This document shows positions 55,553 through 64,000 of a stretch of DNA of 64,000 bases, piece after piece. Origin of the DNA: an uncultured delta proteobacterium (GTDB lineage Bacteria > Desulfobacterota > Binatia > Binatales > Binataceae); NCBI GenBank assembly GCA_963711565.1, contig CAVQEQ010000001.1, positions 416,001-480,000 on the forward strand. The letters are read 5' to 3'. Numbering within the stretch: the stretch's first letter is position 1; every line of letters begins with the position of its first letter. Below the pieces are notes generated by a model. The model made no database searches and was not told where the DNA came from. It saw only the letters and a list, made by a program, of their open reading frames with translations. Both the position numbers and the translations under genes were made by a program.

Positions 55553-57319
55553 TCACCAGCCAATCACTTGCGCGGGCATTACCGGCGCGGCCTGGCCGCG
55601 CGGGTCGGCGCCGCCCGCTAGGACGCCCGTCTTGGTGTTGATCTGCACGCCGAGCACATGACCCTCTGACCACGGCGGACGCACTTCAATGATGTGGCCG
55701 CGCGATGCGAGCGCGTCGCGCACGGTTGCAGGCACTCGATCCTCGATGCGCAAGACTCCCGTGCGATTGTTGTGCGGATAGAACGTCGAGGGAAAATGCG
55801 GCGTCGAAAATTTTGGCGCCTCGATGGCAGTTTGAAGGTCCATCCCGAAATCCACCACGTTCAGGAAAAATTGCAGCGTCCATTGATCCTGCTGATCGCC
55901 GCCGGGCGTGCCGAACGCGAGATACGGTTCGCCCTTCACCATCGCGAGCGACGGCGACAGCGTCGTGCGCGGGCGCTTGCCCGGCGCGAGCGCGTTGGGA
56001 TGGCGCTCGTCGAGATAAAAGGTCTGCATCCGCGTCCCGAGCGGAAAGCCGAGCGCGTCGATCACCGGCGAGCTCGGAATCCATCCGCCACTAGCCGTGA
56101 CCGCGATCATATTGCCGTCGCGGTCCGCCGCCGTGACGTGAATCGTACCCGCACCCCATGGACGCGCATCGGCTGTGGGTGCGTCGCGCAAAGCACGCAT
56201 CGCGATCGGATCGCCCGGCCGCTGATCCATCGAAGCGTGCGCCGAGTCGATCAGCTCGCGGCGAATCACCGCATAACCCTGGCTCAGCAATCCGGCGAGT
56301 GGAACGCCCACGAATTCAGGATCGCCGTAGTACGCCTCGCGATCGGCGAACGAGAGCTTGGCAGCCTCGATGACAGTATGGATGTAGTCGGCGGAGTTGT
56401 GGCCCATCGCAGCCAGGTCGAAGCCTTCGAGCAACTTGAGCTGCTGCAAAAATACCGGACCTTGCGACCACGGCCCGCACTTGAAGACGGTGACGCCGCG
56501 ATAGTCCCCGCTCGCGGGCGACTCGATGCGCGTCGTGAAGCGCTCGAGATCGGACGCGGCGAGGAGGCCGCCGTTGGCGTCGGACCATGCGACGATCTCG
56601 CGCGCGATGTCGCCGCGGTAGAAGCGCTCACGCGCTGCGTCGAGGCCGGCCTCGCGCCCGCGATTCTTCGCCGCCGACTCGGCGTCGATCACGCGCTTGA
56701 AGAAATTTGCAAGCGCGGGCTTCTTGAGCACGCTCCCCGGCTGCGGAACTTTGCCGTCGGGCAGATAGACGCGTCCCGACGACGGCCACTTGGTCAGGAA
56801 CCGTTTCGCGTTGCCGCGGATCGATGCGCCCGCCCCCGCGATGGCTTCGTCAGGCAGATCGGGATCGCCGGACAATCCGATGTGCATCGGGAAACCTTCC
56901 TCCGCGAGCTGCAACGCAGGCTCGAGCACCTCGGCCAGCGACCTGGTGCCGAAGTCACGCAGCGCAGTCACCAGCGCGTCGAACGCCGCAGGGACGCCCG
57001 CCGCCAGCAGTCCCGCGCCGGGTATCAGCTCGATGCCGAGCGCGCGGAAGTGCGCAATCGTCGCGCGCGCCGGCGCCATCATATTGCCATTGATCGCAAC
57101 CACGCGGCGGGCAGATGCCGAATAAATCAGCATGGGCGCCTCGCCGCCGATCGTATGCATGTGCGGGTTGACGACGCCCTCGACGAATGTTGCAGCGATG
57201 GCGGCATCGATAGCATTGCCGCCACAAGCGAAGATTCGCGCACCGGCGGCGGTGGAAAGATAGTGCTGCGTCGCGATCATCGCGCGACGGCCCATCACGA
57301 GCGGATATAATGTAGGCAT
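55553..57319 (-). CDS. ggt: Gamma-glutamyltransferase family protein
   Basis: GGNAIDAA, KLSFADRE, nucleophile T in GTIHVTAADRDGN, PGKRPRTTLSP, GGADPR. Confidence 0.93.
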   Translation of the reverse strand: MPTLYPLVMGRRAMIATQHYLSTAAGARIFACGGNAIDAAIAATFVEGVVNPHMHTIGGEAPMLIYSASARRVVAINGNMMAPARATIAHFRALGIELIPGAGLLAAGVPAAFDALVTALRDFGTRSLAEVLEPALQLAEEGFPMHIGLSGDPDLPDEAIAGAGASIRGNAKRFLTKWPSSGRVYLPDGKVPQPGSVLKKPALANFFKRVIDAESAAKNRGREAGLDAARERFYRGDIAREIVAWSDANGGLLAASDLERFTTRIESPASGDYRGVTVFKCGPWSQGPVFLQQLKLLEGFDLAAMGHNSADYIHTVIEAAKLSFADREAYYGDPEFVGVPLAGLLSQGYAVIRRELIDSAHASMDQRPGDPIAMRALRDAPTADARPWGAGTIHVTAADRDGNMIAVTASGGWIPSSPVIDALGFPLGTRMQTFYLDERHPNALAPGKRPRTTLSPSLAMVKGEPYLAFGTPGGDQQDQWTLQFFLNVVDFGMDLQTAIEAPKFSTPHFPSTFYPHNNRTGVLRIEDRVPATVRDALASRGHIIEVRPPWSEGHVLGVQINTKTGVLAGGADPRGQAAPVMPAQVIGW

Positions 57320-57592
57320 GGGTAATTTTTCCCTAAGCCGGAATTTTTTGCCCAACAATTCGCGGCGCGAAACTTCGCGATTTGTTTTTCGCACTTGCTT
57401 AATTCTGAGTATCACGACCCCAATTTGGCAAAAAGATGCCTGTATTCAGGCATCGCGCTTTTCTCGAATCTGTAGCGCAGGGAACGGCTCCGCCGCTCAA
57501 ATTGCATCGCAAAACAGGAAAATCGTTGCTACCCGTGGTTTTCCACACCTCTGGACAAATGAAACAGAAGTGTTCCTCAAACGTCTAAATAT

Positions 57593-57610
57593 TAGGCCCA
57601 AAGCTTGCTA
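57593..57610 (+). promoter_or_regulatory. Putative sigma54 (-24/-12) promoter
   Basis: TAGGCCCAAAGCTTGCTA has GG-N10-GC spacing with TTGCT. Confidence 0.5.
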
Positions 57611-57670
57611 GTATGGTGGGCAGGGTGATGCGGCCGGCCAACGACCGGGAGGAAGTGGAGGGGTAAAAAT

Positions 57671-57877
57671 ATGTTGACGAGCGTAAATACTGAGAGACTG
57701 ATCGGAAAGCATTGCAAGCTGCAGAGACCGGTGCGCGACCACGAAGGGCGCAGTCGATTCAGCGAACAGCCACGGATCATCCGTGAGGTAAATAATCTGG
57801 ACCGGCGCATGTACCTGGTGCAATTTGATGACGGCGCCACCACGTTCCTCTTTCCTGACGAAGTAGTAATCCAGTAG
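57671..57877 (+). CDS. Small hypothetical protein (68 aa)
   Basis: Strong GGAGGGG RBS; beta-rich C-terminus MYLVQFDDGATTFLFPDEV. Confidence 0.75.
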   Translation: MLTSVNTERLIGKHCKLQRPVRDHEGRSRFSEQPRIIREVNNLDRRMYLVQFDDGATTFLFPDEVVIQ

Positions 57878-57984
57878 CCGATGGACGGCGCATGACGCCG
57901 TTCACGAGCGACGGATGCGCTGATACGCGCGCGGAAGCCGGCCGACACCAAACGCGCGCACGCGGGACGGTTCTATCGCCCGCT

Positions 57985-58452
57985 CTACTTCTTCAATTCA
58001 TATCGCGGCCGCGGGTCGTGACCTTCGGTCTGCACTCTGCGCCAGTAGCCCCAGGGATTATGCACGAGTTCAAGTTTCATCCGCTCGGGATCGGCGAAAA
58101 AAACCGCGTAGTAATTTTCTCCATACTGCGGATACTCGGCGGGAGCGTCGAGCACCTCGATCCTTTCGCGCACGAGGAAGCCGTGGAACGCATCAACGTC
58201 GGCGCGCGAGCGCGCTCGAAACGCGAGATGATGAAGTCCGACGCGGTAGCGGTCGAAGCGGGCGTCGCGATTGGCGGCTGACGCCTCGCGAATCGCAATC
58301 GTCATCTGCGCGTTGGCCCAGAAGATGTAGTCGGTCCGGTCGAATTTGCGAAAGCCCAGTTCCCCGAGCACTTTGTCGAAAAATGCGCGCGACCGCGCAA
58401 CGTCGTTTACCGTCAGATCGATATGCTCGACGCCTAATACCTCTATTGCCAT
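57985..58452 (-). CDS. VOC (glyoxalase-like) family protein
   Basis: EHIDLTVND, GLHHLAF, YYAVFFADPE.MKLELV. Confidence 0.9.
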   Translation of the reverse strand: MAIEVLGVEHIDLTVNDVARSRAFFDKVLGELGFRKFDRTDYIFWANAQMTIAIREASAANRDARFDRYRVGLHHLAFRARSRADVDAFHGFLVRERIEVLDAPAEYPQYGENYYAVFFADPERMKLELVHNPWGYWRRVQTEGHDPRPRYELKK

Positions 58453-58465
58453 GATGATAATCTCC

Positions 58466-58998
58466 TCAGCCGCGGCGCTCCTGCTCGAGAAAGTCCCGGG
58501 CGCGATAAAGCGCGACGATTGATTTCGCATCGACGATATCGCCGCGCCGAATCATCTCGAACGTCTCCTCGAACGGCACCCGGCTGACCGTGATCACCTC
58601 GTCGTGATCGAGCGTGCCCGTTCCCTCCGACAACTGACGCGCGAGATACAGTTCGATTCGCTCGTCGCAGAAACTCGGCACCGTGATGATCGATCCCAGA
58701 TGGTCCCATCGCGCGGCCGCGACGCGCGCCTCTTCGCCGAGCTCGCGCCGCGCGCATGCGAGCGCGTCCTCGCCGGCGTTGCGGCATCCCGCGGGAATCT
58801 CGCGCATCCAGCCGCCGATGGTGTGGCGGTACTGGCGCAGCATCGCGATCGTCATGTCGGGATAGAGCGCGACGATTGCACTCGCTCCGGGATGGCGGAT
58901 GACGGTAGATCGACCTGCACGCCGCCCGGCAGCGACGCGGTCTCGACGCCGAAGTCCACGACACCCAACTTGAGAACAGGACGACGATTTGAAGCCAT
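58466..58998 (-). pseudogene. NUDIX hydrolase (NudF-like), frameshifted at about 58904-58905 (real or assembly error)
   Basis: N-terminus MASNRRPVLKLG...LPGGVQVDL is one base out of frame with VIRHPGASAIV...REIPAG...ARRELGEE. Confidence 0.75.
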
Positions 58999-59085
58999 TG
59001 TGATTCAAGAATGTGCGCGCCGCGCGGGCCACGCAAGCGCCATTTGCGGCAGATGCTCGAACGGGCGATTATCGAAGTCACCGCT

Positions 59086-59691
59086 ATGAGCCGGCTGCGA
59101 ATTCCGATTTATTTCGATTACGCCTCGACGCTTTGCTACATCGCGTGGCGAATCGTCACGCCGCTCGAGCACGAGCTTGGCTTCGAGGCGCTGTGGAAGG
59201 GCGTGCCGATCGCGGCGCGCGATTTTCGCGCCAAGCCCGGCAGCGTGCTGGGCGAGCGCGAGCGCCAGAAAGTGCTATTCGTCGCGGCGGAGACGGGCGT
59301 TCGCGTCGCGCCGCCGTCGAGCTGGATCGATTCGACCCTTGCGCTCCAAGGCTCGGAAGTCGCGCGCGACGCCGGCGTCTTCGCGGCGTATCACGATGCG
59401 GTCTTTCGCGCGGCGTTCGACGACGGCGCCGACATCGCTGATCTCAAAGTGCTCGACGCGATCGCGGAGCACGCCGGAATCGATCGCGCCAGGTTTCGCG
59501 ATGCGCTCGATAGCGCCGTGATGGCCGAGCGAATCGAGCAGAACAAGCGCGAAGCGGACGAATTCTCAGCGCTCGGCTACCCGACGTTCATCCTGGGCGA
59601 CTTCCCGATGATTGGAATCCAGCCGATCGAATCGATGCGCTTGCTATTGGGCCGTTTCATCCGACAACGCGCCGAAGAGCCGCAAGCCTAG
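59086..59691 (+). CDS. DsbA/FrnE-like thioredoxin-fold protein
   Basis: YFDYASTLCY (SxxC) and the cis-Pro motif GYPTF. Confidence 0.85.
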   Translation: MSRLRIPIYFDYASTLCYIAWRIVTPLEHELGFEALWKGVPIAARDFRAKPGSVLGERERQKVLFVAAETGVRVAPPSSWIDSTLALQGSEVARDAGVFAAYHDAVFRAAFDDGADIADLKVLDAIAEHAGIDRARFRDALDSAVMAERIEQNKREADEFSALGYPTFILGDFPMIGIQPIESMRLLLGRFIRQRAEEPQA

Positions 59692-59713
59692 TCGCGCTCG
59701 TGCCGAGATCAGT

Positions 59714-60466
59714 ATGAACGCAGGGCGCTTCATCCGCCGGATTATTTCGATCGCATCCTGTGCGGCGATCTGTTCCCTGCCGCTGATCCCTACGCTCGCC
59801 TGTCGAACTGAGAAAGCGGAACTGTCGCGAGCGATTCGGCACGAATCTTTGAACGGGATTACTGCTGTGACGTATCGGGTGGACTTAAGGAAGACCTTTG
59901 TGTTCAGCGCAAACCTGAACCTGCCCGAACGCATCAATAATCAGAGTTGGTATTGTGTCTGGTTAATGGTCTCAGAGTTGAAAGGCACGGACCCACATCC
60001 TTCGATGCTGCAAGTCGGGCTAATGCGCTGGGATCAGAGCAAGTTTCAGATGCAGCCTTTCATCACCACCGAGCAAGCGGGCAAGGAACTAGCGTTCAGG
60101 GGGGTCGCGGAAAATCTCACTGGCTATCACCGGTTTGCAATAGCCGGCGATCCTTCGACGATACAGTTGAGGATGGATAGCAAGGTCTTGATGTCGGCGC
60201 CGCGCGCAGAGTTCTTCAAGGACACGCCAATCTACGTCGATATAGCCGCGGAAGTATTCGCGGTAGGAGACGCGGTCTCAGGGCTGGTAAACAACGTCAC
60301 ACTGGTACGTGGCGACGACAAAGAGACGCCGCCGATATCCGATGCCGCGTTCGAAGACCGAGGCCTTAAGTTCTGGTGCAGCGGGAACGGTCAATGGGAA
60401 GCGACCGGACGATTCGATCCCACCGCGCCCCGTTTCGTACAATACGTGCCGCCTCAATGTCGTTGA
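59714..60466 (+). CDS. Hypothetical exported protein, copy 1
   Basis: Hydrophobic N-terminus with possible lipobox TLAC; clear paralog of the next gene. Confidence 0.75.
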   Translation: MNAGRFIRRIISIASCAAICSLPLIPTLACRTEKAELSRAIRHESLNGITAVTYRVDLRKTFVFSANLNLPERINNQSWYCVWLMVSELKGTDPHPSMLQVGLMRWDQSKFQMQPFITTEQAGKELAFRGVAENLTGYHRFAIAGDPSTIQLRMDSKVLMSAPRAEFFKDTPIYVDIAAEVFAVGDAVSGLVNNVTLVRGDDKETPPISDAAFEDRGLKFWCSGNGQWEATGRFDPTAPRFVQYVPPQCR

Positions 60467-60478
60467 ATGCGATCGAAT

Positions 60479-60544
60479 CTAGCGCGCGAGGAATACCGGG
60501 CACGGTGAGTTGCGCAGCACGTACTCAGTCGTCGAGCCGAGCAC
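60479..60544 (-). repeat. Duplicate of the last 66 bp of the usp gene (61273-61338)
   Basis: 63/66 identical; all three differences are synonymous in the usp frame. Confidence 0.9.
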
Positions 60545-60558
60545 TTCCTCGCTGTGCG

Positions 60559-61260
60559 ATGATCTGTTCCCTGTTGTTGATTCTTTCGCTCGTGTGCAGA
60601 CCAAATCAGGCGCTGTCGCAACCGATTCCGCACGAATCCGAGAACGGGGCTGCCGCTCTGACCTATTGGGCCGATCTAAGGAAGAAGAAGAGCTTTGTTT
60701 TTAGCGCAAACCTGGACCTGCCCGAACTCAGCAACAACCAGAGTTGGTATTGTGTCTGGATAATGGTTTCAGAGTTGAAAGGCACGAGCCAACATCCGTC
60801 GATGCTTCAAGTCGGGCTAATGCGCTGGGATCAGAGTAAGTTTCAGATGCAGCCGTTCATCACCACGGAGCAACGGGGTAAGAACCTGGTGTTCAAGCCA
60901 GTCGGAGAAAATCTCACCGGTTATCACCGGTTTGCAGTTGCCGACGATCCTTCGACGATCGAGCTGAGAATGGATGGCAAGGTATTGATGTCCGCGCCGC
61001 GCAAGGACTTCTTCAAGGACGAGATTATTTACGTGAAGATAGCAGCAGAAGTGTATGCCGTTGGAGAGAGGGCCTCAGGGCTCGTAAACAACGTCACACT
61101 CGCAACTGACGGAGACAAAGAGGAGACGCCGAGTTTCTATGCGGCGTTCGAAGACCGAGGCCTCAAGTTCGTGTGCAAAGGAAAGGGTCGATGGGAAGCG
61201 ACGGGACGATTCGATCCCGCGCAGCGTTTCGTACAATACGAGCCGCCTCCATGTCCTTGA
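60559..61260 (+). CDS. Hypothetical exported protein, copy 2
   Basis: Shares NNQSWYCVW.MVSELKGT...HPSMLQVGLMRWDQSKFQMQPFITTEQ with copy 1. Start at 60559 or 60457. Confidence 0.72.
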   Translation: MICSLLLILSLVCRPNQALSQPIPHESENGAAALTYWADLRKKKSFVFSANLDLPELSNNQSWYCVWIMVSELKGTSQHPSMLQVGLMRWDQSKFQMQPFITTEQRGKNLVFKPVGENLTGYHRFAVADDPSTIELRMDGKVLMSAPRKDFFKDEIIYVKIAAEVYAVGERASGLVNNVTLATDGDKEETPSFYAAFEDRGLKFVCKGKGRWEATGRFDPAQRFVQYEPPPCP

Positions 61261-61272
61261 ACGCGACCGAAA

Positions 61273-62109
61273 CTAGCGCGCCAGGAACACCGGGCACGGC
61301 GAGTTGCGCAGCACGTACTCAGTCGTCGAGCCGAGCACCATCTCGATGATCCTGCTGTGGCCGTAAGCGCCGATGAACAGCAGGTCGGCGTCGTGCTCCT
61401 TGAGGAACTTCACGATTTCCTCGTTGGCGTGACCTTGCAGGAGCTTGAACTCGGCCTTGGGCGTGTAGTTCTCGAAGTAGGTGCGCGCCTCGGCGAGAGT
61501 CCGCTCGCCCAGCTTGGGATCGCGCGCGCAGGTGACGACGGTTACCGGAACGCCGAGGCCGCTGGCGATTTCCGCCGCCGATCGCATCGCGCGCGACGCC
61601 CGTTCGCTGCCGTCGTAGGCCAGCACCGGCCGTTTGACCTCGCGAAACTTGTTAGGCGAGATGAACAACTGGCGCGGAGATTTGCGCGCGACGCTTTCCG
61701 CCGTCGATCCCAGCAGTCCGGTCGAGAATTTCTCGTTGACCCCGCGATGCCCGATCATCACAAGGTCGGCGCTGCGTGCCCGATCGCAAATCTGGTTGGC
61801 GACGATCCCCATGTCGAGCACGGTCTCGACCGCGAGATTCTCGCGGCGCGCGCTGGCGGCAAACTCGTCGAGCACGCCGCGGCCGCGGGCGGTCAGCACC
61901 TCGCGCATCTTGGACGAAAAATCCAGATATGGTTCCAGCCCGAGCGAACCTGATATATCATGGAAAAACGAGCCTTCGATCGACACGATATCGACGACAT
62001 GCAATCCAATCAGCGACGCATTGAAAATTCGCGCGAAGTAGAAAGCGTACTGTTGTGCGTTTTTGGAATGATCGGAGGTGTCGATGCCGATGAGGATTTT
62101 CTTGATCAC
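61273..62109 (-). CDS. Universal stress protein, two USP domains
   Basis: ILIGIDTS, DLVMIGHRG...LLGSTAE, VLAYDGS, GAYGHSR...LGSTTE. Confidence 0.93.
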   Translation of the reverse strand: MIKKILIGIDTSDHSKNAQQYAFYFARIFNASLIGLHVVDIVSIEGSFFHDISGSLGLEPYLDFSSKMREVLTARGRGVLDEFAASARRENLAVETVLDMGIVANQICDRARSADLVMIGHRGVNEKFSTGLLGSTAESVARKSPRQLFISPNKFREVKRPVLAYDGSERASRAMRSAAEIASGLGVPVTVVTCARDPKLGERTLAEARTYFENYTPKAEFKLLQGHANEEIVKFLKEHDADLLFIGAYGHSRIIEMVLGSTTEYVLRNSPCPVFLAR

Positions 62110-62212
62110 GCGCGTGACCTCCGCGTCAGTTACCGCGATAACACGCCGCGCGGTTATGCCTCAAGAGCCGCGGTAGCGCAACCGAAATCGATTGCGCAGG
62201 GATGCAGGTGAA

Positions 62213-62506
62213 ATGAGCGAACTCAGTGAAGCGCGGATGATGAGAATCGTGGACGAGCTGGCCGAAGCTGCGCAGCGCGTCGGACTCGAGGTTCGGCGCG
62301 AAAAGATTATGCGCGAAATCGGCTACCGCACGCGCGGCGGCGCATGCCGGCTGCGCGACAAGAACCTGCTCATTATAGATCGCGATCAGCCCGCCGCGGA
62401 GCAGCTCGAAGTGATCGCCGAGGCGCTGCGCTCGCGAGATCTCGAATCCTTGTATCTGTCACCGGCGGCGCGTCGCGTCGTTCACCTCGGAGAAGCCGCA
62501 ACCTGA
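62213..62506 (+). CDS. Hypothetical protein
   Basis: RGGACRL...LIIDR...YLSPAAR; RBS-like AGGTG upstream. Confidence 0.7.
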   Translation: MSELSEARMMRIVDELAEAAQRVGLEVRREKIMREIGYRTRGGACRLRDKNLLIIDRDQPAAEQLEVIAEALRSRDLESLYLSPAARRVVHLGEAAT

Positions 62507-62514
62507 GCACTGAG

Positions 62515-63021
62515 ATGCCGCGTCCCGCTGAAAGCCATTCGGCCGGCCATACCGTAATCGATCGCAAGCCCGCGATCAGCGCGGAGCAGCGGATGCTTAC
62601 CTTCCACGCCCGCCTCAAGGAGCGCGGTCTTAAGTCTACCGGCCAGCGCGACGACATCGCGCGCGTGTTCTTCGATCACGGTCATCATATCAGCGCCGAG
62701 GAACTGTATGCGGAGGTCAAGAAGATCAACCCGCACGTCGGCTATGCGACGATCTACCGGACGCTGCGCCTGCTCAAGGAATGCGCGCTGCTGTACGAGC
62801 GCCATTTCGACGAAGGTCAGGCGCGTTACGAAGCGGTCGGCGAGCGCCATCACGATCATTTCATCTGCGAGCGATGCGGCCGCATCATCGAGTTCGAGAA
62901 CGCCGCGATCGAGCGCATGCAGAACATCGTCGCGCGCGACCTCGGCGTGACCTTGACCCGGCACAAGATGGAACTGTACGGAATCTGTTCCGACTGCCAC
63001 GCCCAGCAGCAGGGCATGTAA
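62515..63021 (+). CDS. fur: Fur family transcriptional regulator
   Basis: HISAEELY, ATIYRTL, HHDHFICERCG, GICSDC. Confidence 0.92.
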   Translation: MPRPAESHSAGHTVIDRKPAISAEQRMLTFHARLKERGLKSTGQRDDIARVFFDHGHHISAEELYAEVKKINPHVGYATIYRTLRLLKECALLYERHFDEGQARYEAVGERHHDHFICERCGRIIEFENAAIERMQNIVARDLGVTLTRHKMELYGICSDCHAQQQGM

Positions 63022-63071
63022 TCGTAGATAGTCACTCGAATAGCCAGACCCGGCATCAGGAGGGCACGGCG

Positions 63072-63440
63072 ATGATCAAAGCGCGCGGCTTGCGGCATAT
63101 CAATCTTAACGTCAGGGACATCGGCCGATCGCTCAAGTTCTACCAGGACGCGTTCGGTCTCGAAGTTAAATTCTGGGAAGGGAAGAGGATGGTCTTCATT
63201 CACTCGCCCGGCGTCGACGAGACGATTACGCTATGCCAGGCCGATGCGGACGAACCGGTCGCCGGCGGCGGCGTTTCGCATTTCGGCTTTTCGATCGCGA
63301 AGAACAACCTCGACGAAATGGTCCGTCAAATCGAGCACGCCGGCGGAAAGCTGCAAAGTCGCGGCGAACATGCACCCGGCGTGCCGTACGCGTACCTCAC
63401 CGATCCCGACGGCTACGTGATCGAGCTGGGAAATTCGTAG
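63072..63440 (+). CDS. VOC family protein
   Basis: HINLNVRD...FYQDAFG, SHFGF, TDPDGYVIEL. Confidence 0.9.
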   Translation: MIKARGLRHINLNVRDIGRSLKFYQDAFGLEVKFWEGKRMVFIHSPGVDETITLCQADADEPVAGGGVSHFGFSIAKNNLDEMVRQIEHAGGKLQSRGEHAPGVPYAYLTDPDGYVIELGNS

Positions 63441-63462
63441 ATAGCTACTTGCTATAGCCACT

Positions 63463-63747
63463 ATGAAACACGCGGGACCCGATGCGCTCGATCAGCTCGA
63501 GCCTGTCCTCGATGAAATTCGGCGGCTCGACGGACTCAAGGAAAAGAAGCGCGGGTCCTTCTATCTAGGCAAGGTTTGGCTTCTGCATTTCCACGAAGAT
63601 CTGGCGGGATTTTTCGCCGATCTCCAGGATGGCGACGACTTCGTGCGCTTGCCGGTAAATACGAAGACCCAGACGCGAACGTTGCTGCGGCGCGTCGCGG
63701 GTGCCGTCAAGTCCGCGAAGAGCGGCTGCCTCCGCGCCGCTGAGTAG
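63463..63747 (+). CDS. Hypothetical protein
   Basis: LKEKKRGSFY...LLHFHED...FFADL; plausible start and operon position. Confidence 0.7.
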   Translation: MKHAGPDALDQLEPVLDEIRRLDGLKEKKRGSFYLGKVWLLHFHEDLAGFFADLQDGDDFVRLPVNTKTQTRTLLRRVAGAVKSAKSGCLRAAE

Positions 63748-63952
63748 TGCGCTGCCCGAACGCGACACCGAATCTGCTATCGGGACCCGAGCGATGCCGA
63801 AAATTCATGTCGTTGCCGCAATGCGGACAGTTGACGTCGTTGTACCTGACGAATCGCCCGCAGAACGGACACATGTAGCGGTGCGTTGCTTTCCAATAGA
63901 AGAACGCCGCCGTCAGCGCCACCATCAGCAGGCCGATGATTGTTTGCCGCAC
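63707..63952 (-). CDS. Small membrane-anchored zinc-ribbon protein
   Basis: N-terminal TM helix followed by CPFC...CPHC. Confidence 0.6.
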   Translation of the reverse strand: MRQTIIGLLMVALTAAFFYWKATHRYMCPFCGRFVRYNDVNCPHCGNDMNFRHRSGPDSRFGVAFGQRTTQRRGGSRSSRT

Positions 63953-64000
63953 CAGATTTGCGCCCCGAAGCTAGACGATCCCTTCCTTCAACTTCTCTTC

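Overview
High-GC bacterial chromosome segment. Gene content suggests Candidatus Binatota/Binataceae or a related deltaproteobacteria-like lineage (inference only). The housekeeping backbone is: ffh-rpsP-khpA-rimM-trmD-SPOUT methyltransferase-rplS; a TPR lipoprotein/LolB-like/Opp ABC/bactofilin operon; a long + strand run of GT-C, GT9, htpX, degP, mrcB, tsaD, rsmA, mutM, pilD, tmk, holB and PSP1, then metG and tatD; ECF sigma plus Ogt-AdaN; arsR-arsC-acr3; ggt; usp; fur. The most unusual items are: (1) an ~8.5 kb insertion between PSP1 and metG with a frameshifted thaumatin-like exoprotein and three paralogous exported beta-helix proteins that share a promoter, a 5' leader motif and an unrecognised C-terminal domain ending in RRGVRR, two of them also sharing a 3' double hairpin; (2) a dispersed palindromic repeat family centred on a small GIY-YIG nuclease, with one copy translated in frame inside a glycosyltransferase; (3) two further palindromic element families; (4) three tandem glycine-zipper lipoproteins of identical mature length; (5) a tandem gene pair separated by a second copy of the usp 3' end that differs only at synonymous sites. 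No rRNA, tRNA, CRISPR array, integrase or transposase was recognised. All calls come from reading motifs by eye; no database search was run.
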